Shown here piece after piece: positions 42,223 through 51,939 of a stretch of 64,000 bases of DNA. Each line of letters starts with the position of its first letter. Within the stretch, counting starts at the first letter, position 1. The notes beneath the pieces are model-generated. The model searched no databases. It was not told where the DNA came from and worked only from the letters and a program-made list of their open reading frames with translations. The translations under genes and the position numbers were made by a program. Origin of the DNA: Escherichia phage RB16; sequence record NC_014467.1; one strand, given 5' to 3'.

Positions 42223-44295
42223 ATGATCATGGATTATGAATCCATCATTGATGGAATTATGCAAGATTTTCAGCATCCATGTGATGCTGAAATACCTGCT
42301 GGATCGTACAGACGTATTATCTGGCAGGGACATACAGAAGACTACCCCGCTGTCGGGGTAGAATGGGATACTGAAATAATTCCGATCGGGGCGCATCTTT
42401 ACACACAATCCCCTTTCGGACAGAAAAGCGATCCGCTTCCGGTAGTTAACTCCCCTGGAACCGATCCAGGAACTGGGGAAGCAACTGGGATTCTTGTAGA
42501 AAAGATAGGTTATTATTTCGCCACACAACAGGAGATTGATGACTATATCACTTCTATCGGGGCAACAAAACTAACTGGTAATGATTGGTACGGCGCGGAT
42601 CTGACAAAAGCAAACCTGTATAAAAACCCTGGGGAACTCGCGATGTATAAGGTCGAGAACTCTGGAGGTTATTTGCTTACTTCTGGCCCACGTTGCGATC
42701 AACGCATCAGACAGGCATATAATGAGGACACAGGCGCGTTTACAAGCATTGATTACTATTGGAATGGTAATCGTATTGCCTACATGAAACACGACGACAC
42801 AGGGGCGCACAATTGCAAATACGTGGGTATGGTGGTTAACACCAACGCCGACACAAGCATTCCCCCTGTACCTCCGGCTATGCCGTCAATTTACGGGGCA
42901 TTGCCTAGCGAAATTTCAATGATGCGCTCCGGTTTGGGTTGTCTTCCTGCAACGGTAGGTTTTGCGTACACGAATATCAGTGATGCAATGCTATCCGCAT
43001 GGAACGAAACGCGCAAGTCGTTTAAGCTCGTGTTTGATATGCTTACGGGTATCACTAAAACGGGTTCCGGTGGTATCTCCACGATGTACGATGGTTTGTC
43101 TATCGCAATGGAGGAAATCACAGCAGGTGCTCTTGCGTTGTCACAGCAAGCATGGCAAGCCGCAATTAAGGTGTTCAAAGATATTATGTCTTCTGCGTTA
43201 AACATCGTAGGTGGTGCGTGGAACATGATAAAGAGTTTTTTACCGACTGTTACGATTCTGGGTGTTTCAATAAACATCTATGATTTGATTTTTGGTGATA
43301 ACTCAGTACAGACACTGAAAGATTCATTCCAAGCGATCATTGATGCTGGTACAGAAACCTATGAGAACGTCATAAACGCAATATACAGCGCTATAGGCAG
43401 TGCATACAATTATACCGTTGAATATGTCAAGGCTGGCGCTCGCGACCTCGTGGATGCTTGCAGTACGCTTTTTGACTGGTGTATTACCATGTTTCAGAAT
43501 GGTTGTGTTGCTCTGGTGGATCTGTACGGACGAATAATGCAAATCTGGGCTATGCCTCCAACGGTTCCAAACCCTTTATGGGCTGCTGTTCTGGCTATCC
43601 GTAACATTATGATGCAAATCAAACCGCTTGATGTGATCCTGGGTGGAAACTTCCCTGGGTTTACGGCAATGGATTTGTACCAAATGGCACAGGAGAAGGT
43701 GAAAGAGTTTATCGATCAGTCGTATGCGCAAATACGCGTGTATTATGATCAGGTTAAGGATCTGTATAACACACTGACTACACAGACACAAGAAAGGGAT
43801 GCGATTAAACGCAAGTTCGATCAATACCTAAACTGGATGTGGGAACCTGTAAAGGAAGCAACGACTGCTGCTTATCAGGCTGCACTTGATGCCGCTAACG
43901 CTGCTGTGAATGCGACTAAGGCCGCATATGAGGGAATCAAAGCACAGATTGCTAATCTGCAAAATGGGATGAAAGACACCTACAGCATGGCAATGGCTGA
44001 ACTCAAGAAACTGCCTGTAATGGCTCAGATTAACCAGTTCTTAGGTTACTGTGGGGTTGCATTCGATGACCTGTTAAAAACGTATGAGAACGCGCTGACG
44101 GGCGCACAATCGCTATATAAAAACTTTGTTGACAGTTCCCGCTCGTTTAAGGACACATGCAAGGTGATTTATAACCAGATTTGTACGCTTGCTCTAAGTA
44201 AGGTAACTCAATACGTAAACAAATTATTGTCATTAATCGGACTCGCGATCACATTCGGTTCAATTAGTGTTTGCGTCCCTATGGTTCAATACTAA
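42223..44295 (+). CDS. large hypothetical protein (690 aa) in the gp5-gp6 interval
   Basis: uninterrupted 2073-nt ORF starting 2 nt after gp5 stop; Pro-rich linker PPVPPAMPS; long Ala/Ile/Leu-rich C-terminal region; hydrophobic C-terminus. Confidence 0.7.
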   Translation: MIMDYESIIDGIMQDFQHPCDAEIPAGSYRRIIWQGHTEDYPAVGVEWDTEIIPIGAHLYTQSPFGQKSDPLPVVNSPGTDPGTGEATGILVEKIGYYFATQQEIDDYITSIGATKLTGNDWYGADLTKANLYKNPGELAMYKVENSGGYLLTSGPRCDQRIRQAYNEDTGAFTSIDYYWNGNRIAYMKHDDTGAHNCKYVGMVVNTNADTSIPPVPPAMPSIYGALPSEISMMRSGLGCLPATVGFAYTNISDAMLSAWNETRKSFKLVFDMLTGITKTGSGGISTMYDGLSIAMEEITAGALALSQQAWQAAIKVFKDIMSSALNIVGGAWNMIKSFLPTVTILGVSINIYDLIFGDNSVQTLKDSFQAIIDAGTETYENVINAIYSAIGSAYNYTVEYVKAGARDLVDACSTLFDWCITMFQNGCVALVDLYGRIMQIWAMPPTVPNPLWAAVLAIRNIMMQIKPLDVILGGNFPGFTAMDLYQMAQEKVKEFIDQSYAQIRVYYDQVKDLYNTLTTQTQERDAIKRKFDQYLNWMWEPVKEATTAAYQAALDAANAAVNATKAAYEGIKAQIANLQNGMKDTYSMAMAELKKLPVMAQINQFLGYCGVAFDDLLKTYENALTGAQSLYKNFVDSSRSFKDTCKVIYNQICTLALSKVTQYVNKLLSLIGLAITFGSISVCVPMVQY

Positions 44296-44318
44296 ATACC
44301 CGATAACGAGGGGTAATA

Positions 44319-44996
44319 ATGAATTACGATAGGATATATAAAGCTCTTATAGATAAGCGGAGGAAAACTCCGCTTAAAGACGGATATAAGGAACATCATC
44401 ACATCATTCCTAAATCTATGGGCGGTAGTGATGATTTTGATAATATGGTGTATTTGACAGCGAGAGAACATTTCGTTGCGCATCTTTTACTCGCTCGTAT
44501 ACATGGTGGTAAGATGTGGTTTGCTGTTGCTATGATGTGTGGGCGTGGATCAAGTAGCGCGAAAGGCGTTGTCCCTACTTCTCGAATATATGAGTTAGCC
44601 AAAAAACGGGTAGCCAATGAAAGAAGTATATTGTTTTCTGGGAAATTACATCCATTATACGGAAAGCCTTGTACAGAACAACGAAGAAAACGCATAGCTG
44701 AAGGACGTAAAGGGAAAACGCATACTCAGGAAACGAAACAGAAAATGTCTGAATCGAAGAAAGGATATAAACATACTCAGGAGACGAAACAGAAAATGTC
44801 TGAGTCACGGAAGAGACAAACACCTCCTACTCTGGGTAAAAAGTTACCTTCTCCATCAATCGAAAAAAGAAAGAAACTTAGTGAGGCTATTAAAAATCAG
44901 CCAATCATCAAATGTCCATATTGCGGGTTAGAAAGTAACAGCAAAGGAAATATGGTGAGGTTTCATTTCGACAACTGCAAATATAGGAAACCATGA
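44319..44996 (+). CDS. HNH homing endonuclease (Mob-like)
   Basis: HNH core EHHHIIPKSMGGSDDFDNMVYLTAREHFVAH; internal duplicated HTQETKQKMSES motif. Confidence 0.8.
   Translation: MNYDRIYKALIDKRRKTPLKDGYKEHHHIIPKSMGGSDDFDNMVYLTAREHFVAHLLLARIHGGKMWFAVAMMCGRGSSSAKGVVPTSRIYELAKKRVANERSILFSGKLHPLYGKPCTEQRRKRIAEGRKGKTHTQETKQKMSESKKGYKHTQETKQKMSESRKRQTPPTLGKKLPSPSIEKRKKLSEAIKNQPIIKCPYCGLESNSKGNMVRFHFDNCKYRKP
44721..44807 (+). repeat. 35-nt near-perfect tandem duplication inside HNH gene
   Basis: CATACTCAGGA(A/G)ACGAAACAGAAAATGTCTGA(A/G)TC at 44721-44755 and 44773-44807. Confidence 0.8.
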
Positions 44997-46909
44997 TGGC
45001 TACAACTCGTAAGCAAATTAATCAGATCCCCGATATCTTTGTCGGGGCTACTTTTGACGAAATCAAATCTGACTTAATCAACTGGCTCCGAGGTCAGGAC
45101 GAATTCAAGGATTATGATTTCTCCGGCTCGCGCATGAACGTACTTGTGGATCTGTTATCATACTGTACACTGTACATTCAGCAAATGAGTAACACCGCAC
45201 TGTTCGAATCGTTTATTCGTACCGCTGCATTGCGTAGTTCTGTTGTCCAACAGGCTCAGGATTTGGGCTATATGCCGGACTCCCGTACCGCTGCAAATAC
45301 TGCGATCCTGATCACTGCGAAGAACCCACTGAACCCGACATCGATCCGTATTCCACGCGGTACGAAATTCATTGGTACAGTGAAAGAAACAAACAGTTTC
45401 CCGTTCGTCGTATCCGATGACGTGGTGATTGTTCGTGATAAAGACAATAACTATGTTTCGATGTTGAACATCGTACAGGGGCGTTTAGTCCGTACCGAAG
45501 TCATCTTTGATGGTTCTACGATCCTGATTCGAGATCCTAACATCGACCGTAGTCAGGTTCGCGTTACTGTCAACGGCGCTCAATGGGATGACTGGACAAA
45601 CGAAAGTATCGTAAACGCAACGGGCGCATCAACAATTTTCTACATGCGTGAAACTGTGGATGGACATACCGAAGTTTACTTTGGTGAAGGTGAAACCAGC
45701 CAACAGGTCGCAGGTGGTGCTCTGACTGCGGATTACATCGGTGGCTTGAAACCTGCAAACGGTTCAACCGTTGTTATTGAATATATTTCAACCAACGGCG
45801 AAGAAGCAAACGGTGCTGAAAACTTTGTCTACGTGGATACGTTGACAAACATTAGCATTACGAATATTGTTGAGAACCCGACTGATTCAGCGGACTATGT
45901 AGGCGCTGATGGTGGTGGTGAACCGGAAGATATCGAACGTATTCGTGAACTCGCGCCTATTATGCGTGAGACACAGCGCCGTTGTGTTACTGCATCGGAT
46001 TATGAATCGTTCCTGTCTCACCGTTTCGGTTCTGTTATTCAGGCGGTTCAGTGCTTTACTGATAAAGAAAAACCTGGCTATGCGTTCATCGCTGTTAAAC
46101 CGAAATCAGGGTTGCGCTTAACCTCTGTTCAAAAAGAGGACATGCAAAACTATCTGGCGAAGTATAACCTGGCGACTATTACGCCGTCTATCCTTGACCC
46201 GAACTACCTGTATATTGTACAAAGCGTTAAAGTAACGTATGATATCAGTAAGTTGATCGAGTCTGAGGAATGGTTGCGTGGTCAAGTAATCAATGAAATT
46301 GACAGATACTACACAGATAACGTTGAAATTTTCAACAAATCTTTCAGTAAATCCAAGATGTTGACTTATGTTGATAACGCGGACGTGTCGATCATTGGTT
46401 CTTCTGCGACTATTCAGCTATTGCGTGAACTGGATAACTATTACAGCGCCCCGATGTCTGGTATTCACTTCTTAAACCAGGTGAAATCACGTTCTGTTGT
46501 TTCGAATGGGTTCAAGTACACAAATGCTGCTGGTGATTCGTATGATGTGCGCTATGCGTCAACAGATATGAACACCACGACCGGACTCGCGAAAATGGTT
46601 ATCGGGCCATTCAAAAACGGTGATATCGGTATCGCAGCCTATACAGGAAACGATTTTGATAAATATCCTGGAGTAACCGATCGTGATAAATATTACGAAG
46701 TCGGCTATGTGGAACATTTTAATGATTTCATTAGTTTCGATCTTGGTGTCCTGAACGTTCCATCCGAGCGATTCAGCGCTGCTTACATCGAACTGACTGG
46801 TACACCTCTGGAAGAGAACATTTTCACCCGTGATGGTTCTCTGATTGTATTTGAAAACGATCTACGTCCTCAATATACAACGTTGACGATGAATCCAATC
46901 AGTCAATAA
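44993..46909 (+). CDS. 6: baseplate wedge protein gp6
   Basis: near-colinear with T4 gp6 as I recall it (IFVGATFDEIK...TRDGSLIVFENDLRPQY...PISQ). Confidence 0.95.
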   Translation: MMATTRKQINQIPDIFVGATFDEIKSDLINWLRGQDEFKDYDFSGSRMNVLVDLLSYCTLYIQQMSNTALFESFIRTAALRSSVVQQAQDLGYMPDSRTAANTAILITAKNPLNPTSIRIPRGTKFIGTVKETNSFPFVVSDDVVIVRDKDNNYVSMLNIVQGRLVRTEVIFDGSTILIRDPNIDRSQVRVTVNGAQWDDWTNESIVNATGASTIFYMRETVDGHTEVYFGEGETSQQVAGGALTADYIGGLKPANGSTVVIEYISTNGEEANGAENFVYVDTLTNISITNIVENPTDSADYVGADGGGEPEDIERIRELAPIMRETQRRCVTASDYESFLSHRFGSVIQAVQCFTDKEKPGYAFIAVKPKSGLRLTSVQKEDMQNYLAKYNLATITPSILDPNYLYIVQSVKVTYDISKLIESEEWLRGQVINEIDRYYTDNVEIFNKSFSKSKMLTYVDNADVSIIGSSATIQLLRELDNYYSAPMSGIHFLNQVKSRSVVSNGFKYTNAAGDSYDVRYASTDMNTTTGLAKMVIGPFKNGDIGIAAYTGNDFDKYPGVTDRDKYYEVGYVEHFNDFISFDLGVLNVPSERFSAAYIELTGTPLEENIFTRDGSLIVFENDLRPQYTTLTMNPISQ

Positions 46910-46916
46910 TTTACAA

Positions 46917-46942
46917 CCCCTGTCATTTGGCAGGGGTTTTTT
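46917..46942 (+). terminator. intrinsic terminator between genes 6 and 7
   Basis: CCCCTG-TCATTTGG-CAGGGG + T6. Confidence 0.6.
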
Positions 46943-46989
46943 GTTTGCTAAATATGGGATATAAGTAAAACGCAAATTTGGAGAAACAT

Positions 46990-49900
46990 ATGATTAAAGC
47001 GCCGTCAATTACCAGTTTGCGCGTTGATAAACTGGCTGCTAACTTCGTTTATTTGAAGTGGGATAGCGTCGGCATGGATTTTTACTATGTCGTGGAAATG
47101 GCTGAAACTCGCGGTGCGGGTGGTGCTGTGATTCCAGATGCGGATCTAACATGGTTCCAGTTGGGCTATGCGTATGTGAACGAATGGTTCTCTACTGCTG
47201 TGCAACCGGATAGCTTTTACAAATTCCGTATTAAGGTTACACATCAGGGATTTGAACCGTCTGATTGGGTTTACAGTGATGAACTCTGGACATTCACCCT
47301 TAACGCCTACGCATATTCAACCATGCGCGAATTTACACCAAGTGACGCATTTATAAACGAAAAATTCGCAAAGAACAATCAGAATTACGTGAATTTTAAT
47401 ACAGATGTGGTAATGGCAGCGTTGATGAAAGAAGACTTTGTGTTTTCTCCACTGTACACTGACGTATCCCAGATTAGTGATAAGATTCTTACACAGGAAA
47501 ACTATCACGAGATCCAGGATCACATTGAACACGTTTGTAATGACATTAACAGAACTTTTCTGGTAGCGTCAAACGGTTTGTTATATCTGTTTGAACGTTT
47601 TCAGAACATGGCTAAGGTATCCAATGACAAGGGGCAAACATGGCATTACTACAAGGCGTTTAACGACCGCGTAGGAAACCCCGTATCGCGTTCTGTCGCG
47701 TACCAAAGCACAAACACAACATATGTACTGGGTTACGACCGGATCTTCTACGGGCGCACCTCAACGGATATTCGCTGGTCTGCTGACGATGTGCGATTCT
47801 CTGCTGACGATATCATCTTTGCAAAACTGGGGAACCAGACAGGGTTAGATTTTGATGTTGACTCATACAATACCTTTGCAAAACTTCCTGGTGATGTATC
47901 GAAATATGCAGAAGCAATGGCATGTTCCGACGATTGGCTTTATGTTGCAGCGAAAAACATAGTTCGTCGTATTGCTCTGAAACAAACACCGATCGACACC
48001 GATCCGAGTTCTCCAACTTTTGGGGAAAAGATTTTCGACGAAACAAGCTATACCATTGTTCCAGGCAATGATAAAATTGTTGTTAAGAAAATGGATGTGA
48101 TGGACAGCAAACTTTACGTGCTCGTTACAGGCGAAGTTAAAGTTGCTCTGCAAGATCCAACAAAACCGGAAAACGTAGTTCCTTCTGTTGATTCTGGTGT
48201 GTATCAGTGGCAAGAAGACACTAAAACCTTTGTGCGCCTGTATGGGAACACTGAGGAAGAACGTTTCTTCATTGAACATGAATACACCAATATGTCAACA
48301 AACGGAAAAGAAATTTATATTTCTGTTGCCAACTACAAATACCCAGGAACTTTGCCAGATCCTGAACTGCTGATAACTAATCCTGAATTGGTTGCTGCTG
48401 TTAAGTATGATTTGCGTCCTGGCTATACTGCTAGTCTGTCTATCAACTTTGCTACTATTCGAGCAAATATTGATGATCCGACCGTGTGGAAATTCGGCGC
48501 ACAGGAATACTACAACGAGGCAAATTATAGCTGGTTCTTCCGTGATTCTGTTCGTACATGGATCACGAATGATAACCGTCCGTTGGTTGTGTATCCGAAA
48601 ATTGTATATGAAATGGTAACTGATACCGCTGGACCTTCTTCTACGTTGCGCGTCAACAAAGAGGTGTGGGATCGTGGACATGTTACAATTTACATTAACA
48701 ACATTAAATTTACCGGATTTACCAAATACACTAACGGTGTGTTGTTGTATAAAAGTTCTGGTGAAATTATCGGGTTCTTTGAACTGAGTTACCGCGCTCG
48801 TGATAGCCTTACGATTTTCTGGAAACCAGATAACACATTACTGATTGCGGATCTTATTCAGCAGGAAAGGGAACAACCTTATGTACCGGATTTGTCGCCC
48901 GGTTTGATTGATCCTGATTTAAGCCATATGATTACTCGCTTTGCACCACAAAGCTATCTGGATCAGGAATATTTCGAGAAGTTTGGTGAATATTATTTGC
49001 AGTTCGTTTCGTTGGGTGAAAACACCTACTATAACAAATTGCTGAACCTTATCAGGAACAAATATCCACGCGAGAAGAACTGTGTTGAATATTTGTGGTC
49101 GGAAGTAAACCGACGCAATATCTATCTGGATAAAACGAAGCGTGATCAAGTTGTGCGATTCTTTGAATCCCGTGCGAGTGATTTTTACTCCACGAAAGGT
49201 ATCGAGGCAAGTTATAAATTCCTGTTCAAACTGCTGTACAACGAAGACGTATCCGTAGAAATCGAGAGTTCAAACACTCTGGAATATGATATACTGGTTT
49301 CTTCGACTAACATCAGTCAGGACATTGTAGGGCGCACGATTTATACACCAACAGCAAGAGCAAACGTGACATATATCGAACGTGATTATGAAGACGGGCA
49401 ATTGCGATGGTCTATGACTCTGCATAACGTGATCGGTAACTTCCTTGAAGGACAGGTTGTTAAGTCAGAAAAGACTAATTTCACGGGTAGTATTCTGCGT
49501 GGTGTTCGTGGTAAGCAAATGGCGAACAACTCGATCGACTATTTCAACCGTGGGCGTTCATACTACGTGATGAAAATCCGTTCAAACCTTCCGGCTTCTC
49601 GTTATAAAGATGACGTGTTGCGGTTTGTGCATCCGGTAGGTTTTGGCTTTATCGGGATCACTATGCTGACGGTGTTCATTAACTCCGGTTTGTCGATGAC
49701 CCATAGTGAAACAATCATTGATATCCTCCGAAACTATCGCTTTGATAGCGGATATCCTAAGTATTGGCCCGATCGTGTTGCACGTCTTGACGGTAACGGA
49801 AACCAGACATTTGACCTTGTAACAGGTGAAGCATTATATGAACCACACCCTAAAGCGGGGCAACCGTTCGATGTTCCACCACAATATGACATTGATGAAC

Positions 49901-50073
49901 AACCGTTAAACGGTGTTTTGCCGTCTGCGCGTCGATTCGATCAAAGTCCTCTGTTCGATAGTTCAGCGGTTAAATACTCTCAGTTCCGTAACTTAGTGGA
50001 AAAACGATTGAAAGACGATGCGGGTAATCCTCGTGATCCGAATCCACCGACTCAGAGAAAGGTAGGAAAATAA
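46990..50073 (+). CDS. 7: baseplate wedge protein gp7
   Basis: 1027 aa (T4 gp7 1032 aa), synteny; ATG at 46990 with GGAGA SD. Confidence 0.9.
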   Translation: MIKAPSITSLRVDKLAANFVYLKWDSVGMDFYYVVEMAETRGAGGAVIPDADLTWFQLGYAYVNEWFSTAVQPDSFYKFRIKVTHQGFEPSDWVYSDELWTFTLNAYAYSTMREFTPSDAFINEKFAKNNQNYVNFNTDVVMAALMKEDFVFSPLYTDVSQISDKILTQENYHEIQDHIEHVCNDINRTFLVASNGLLYLFERFQNMAKVSNDKGQTWHYYKAFNDRVGNPVSRSVAYQSTNTTYVLGYDRIFYGRTSTDIRWSADDVRFSADDIIFAKLGNQTGLDFDVDSYNTFAKLPGDVSKYAEAMACSDDWLYVAAKNIVRRIALKQTPIDTDPSSPTFGEKIFDETSYTIVPGNDKIVVKKMDVMDSKLYVLVTGEVKVALQDPTKPENVVPSVDSGVYQWQEDTKTFVRLYGNTEEERFFIEHEYTNMSTNGKEIYISVANYKYPGTLPDPELLITNPELVAAVKYDLRPGYTASLSINFATIRANIDDPTVWKFGAQEYYNEANYSWFFRDSVRTWITNDNRPLVVYPKIVYEMVTDTAGPSSTLRVNKEVWDRGHVTIYINNIKFTGFTKYTNGVLLYKSSGEIIGFFELSYRARDSLTIFWKPDNTLLIADLIQQEREQPYVPDLSPGLIDPDLSHMITRFAPQSYLDQEYFEKFGEYYLQFVSLGENTYYNKLLNLIRNKYPREKNCVEYLWSEVNRRNIYLDKTKRDQVVRFFESRASDFYSTKGIEASYKFLFKLLYNEDVSVEIESSNTLEYDILVSSTNISQDIVGRTIYTPTARANVTYIERDYEDGQLRWSMTLHNVIGNFLEGQVVKSEKTNFTGSILRGVRGKQMANNSIDYFNRGRSYYVMKIRSNLPASRYKDDVLRFVHPVGFGFIGITMLTVFINSGLSMTHSETIIDILRNYRFDSGYPKYWPDRVARLDGNGNQTFDLVTGEALYEPHPKAGQPFDVPPQYDIDEQPLNGVLPSARRFDQSPLFDSSAVKYSQFRNLVEKRLKDDAGNPRDPNPPTQRKVGK

Positions 50074-51065
50074 TGGCTCAACAAAACATCTACCGTGCGG
50101 TTGTAACAGGAAAATTCCGCACGGAAAACATGATGAACTTTCGTGATATGATCGGGGATGACCCCGATCACAACTCGATTTATATGTCAATAGGGAGAAC
50201 TGAACAATGGGCTGATAACGAATCAGATCCTGAATTCGCTCCCCCGTATCCAAACGATGATACAGATGGTATTGTTGATATGTGGACGCATATGATCGGG
50301 GCGACAAAAGTTCCTGGCGAAATGATTGATGCAATCGTTCCGCGTAAAGATTGGGGCGACACTCGCTATCCAAACCCTAAAATATTCTATGTGAATGATA
50401 TCGTGGTTGTCAACTCCGCACCTTACAACCGTACTGACTACGGGAAAGGATGGATGATTTACCGCGTTGTAGACGTTCCTGATATTGGTTCTTGTTCTAT
50501 TTCCAGTATCACAGGTAAAGTCGAATGTGTGCGCATTGGTGGTATCTGGACACCGACCCATGAATCTGTTGAACCTCCACGCGGAGAAGCAAACGGAATT
50601 GATATGGGCGACGGGTACAAGTGGGAATATCTTTATACGATCCCGCCTGATGTCGTTATCAACCGATGCACAAACGAACATATCGTTGTTCCGTTCCCTG
50701 ATGAACTGGAAGAAGATCCGGTACGCTGGGGTTATGACAACGTGATCAAATGGTATCCAGATATGTATGATCTGGTGTTCCGTATGAAAGTTCATTCAAT
50801 GCGATTCCGTGCGTATATGGATTCTCTATTTTTCCCACAAGCCTCGCTACCTGGCAACCGTGGATTCCGTCAAATCAGCGTGATTGTTAACCCGCTGTTG
50901 AAAAAGGCGCAACCAACAGACCCAGAAGTGAAAGCAACCGGACAATTCTATACAAAGGATCAATTCGAACTGGATTCTGGACAGATGATCTATATGGAAA
51001 ACAGACAACCGATTATTCGATCCCCAGATCAGACCGAAGAAGTCAGTATTATTTTCGAATTCTAA
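50073..51065 (+). CDS. 8: baseplate wedge protein gp8
   Basis: 330 aa; start overlaps gp7 stop (TAATG); T4 synteny. Confidence 0.85.
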   Translation: MAQQNIYRAVVTGKFRTENMMNFRDMIGDDPDHNSIYMSIGRTEQWADNESDPEFAPPYPNDDTDGIVDMWTHMIGATKVPGEMIDAIVPRKDWGDTRYPNPKIFYVNDIVVVNSAPYNRTDYGKGWMIYRVVDVPDIGSCSISSITGKVECVRIGGIWTPTHESVEPPRGEANGIDMGDGYKWEYLYTIPPDVVINRCTNEHIVVPFPDELEEDPVRWGYDNVIKWYPDMYDLVFRMKVHSMRFRAYMDSLFFPQASLPGNRGFRQISVIVNPLLKKAQPTDPEVKATGQFYTKDQFELDSGQMIYMENRQPIIRSPDQTEEVSIIFEF

Positions 51066-51075
51066 GGAAACCATA

Positions 51076-51939
51076 ATGGCATATCAAACAGGTAAAAAAT
51101 TAATTGACGTGGGGCAGATCGGCAACCCGTCAACTGGTGACCCGCTGTATGACGGCGGTGTTAAACTTAACGAAATCATCACCAACGTGTATAATGCGTT
51201 CGGTGATGTGCGTTTGCTGACTGCAAATGATGGTGTTGGTACAATGCTGCTTCATGCAACTGGATATTTCCAGAAGTTGCCAAGAACGTATTATTCAGCA
51301 AACCCGATCGAACTGGGTTCATTGCATGATATGGATACAGCAACAGGGCCAATTACGGTTGTTCTTCCGTCTGGTAAGGCTGGCGAAGGGTGCTATTTCA
51401 TAAATAGTAACGGTAGTATTTCTGTTGATCGTCCTGTTGTATTTCGTCCTCAAGTTGGCGATAACATCAAAGGGGTTCAGGATCAGCTTTATATCACTTC
51501 TCCTTACACCCAGATTAAATTATGGTGTGTGAAGAAAGAAGGTTCAGTAACCACATGGGATTATTCAGTCGAATCTATGTTCGGATCTAAAACAATGCCC
51601 GTGGATACTACCAAACTAATTTTGAAAGCATCACCGACCGCAATTCCTTTATTCGGTTACAGTGAATTCAGCGGGGCTAAGTTGCTCGTATATGCTGAAA
51701 ATATGACAGGTACAGTCAACAAAATGGCTGAACTTCTCCTGTCTGTGGATCGTATCGCAAGGGGCGTATATTCTACGGAATATGCTGTACTGAAAAATAG
51801 CGATGATGACATGTATTCACTTACTTTCACTGTCGGTGCTGGTGACATTGTATATGCAAACGTCCAATCGGTACTCGAAGATCGAATTAAGTTCTCGATT
51901 AAAGCGGTTGACACCATTAAATCAGGGATCGCAGCATGA
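51076..51939 (+). CDS. 9: baseplate wedge / long tail fibre attachment protein gp9
   Basis: 287 aa; T4 synteny. Confidence 0.85.
   Translation: MAYQTGKKLIDVGQIGNPSTGDPLYDGGVKLNEIITNVYNAFGDVRLLTANDGVGTMLLHATGYFQKLPRTYYSANPIELGSLHDMDTATGPITVVLPSGKAGEGCYFINSNGSISVDRPVVFRPQVGDNIKGVQDQLYITSPYTQIKLWCVKKEGSVTTWDYSVESMFGSKTMPVDTTKLILKASPTAIPLFGYSEFSGAKLLVYAENMTGTVNKMAELLLSVDRIARGVYSTEYAVLKNSDDDMYSLTFTVGAGDIVYANVQSVLEDRIKFSIKAVDTIKSGIAA

Noticed and set aside
42223-44295. A separate small gp5.4-type PAAR spike-tip gene between genes 5 and 6
   Set aside because: No ORF of about 100 aa with a PAAR-like pattern is present; the interval is fully occupied by the 690-aa ORF and the HNH gene
46978-46989. 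TTG start for gp7 proposed by the ORF track
   Set aside because: An ATG at 46990 with a better-spaced GGAGA SD follows 12 nt downstream
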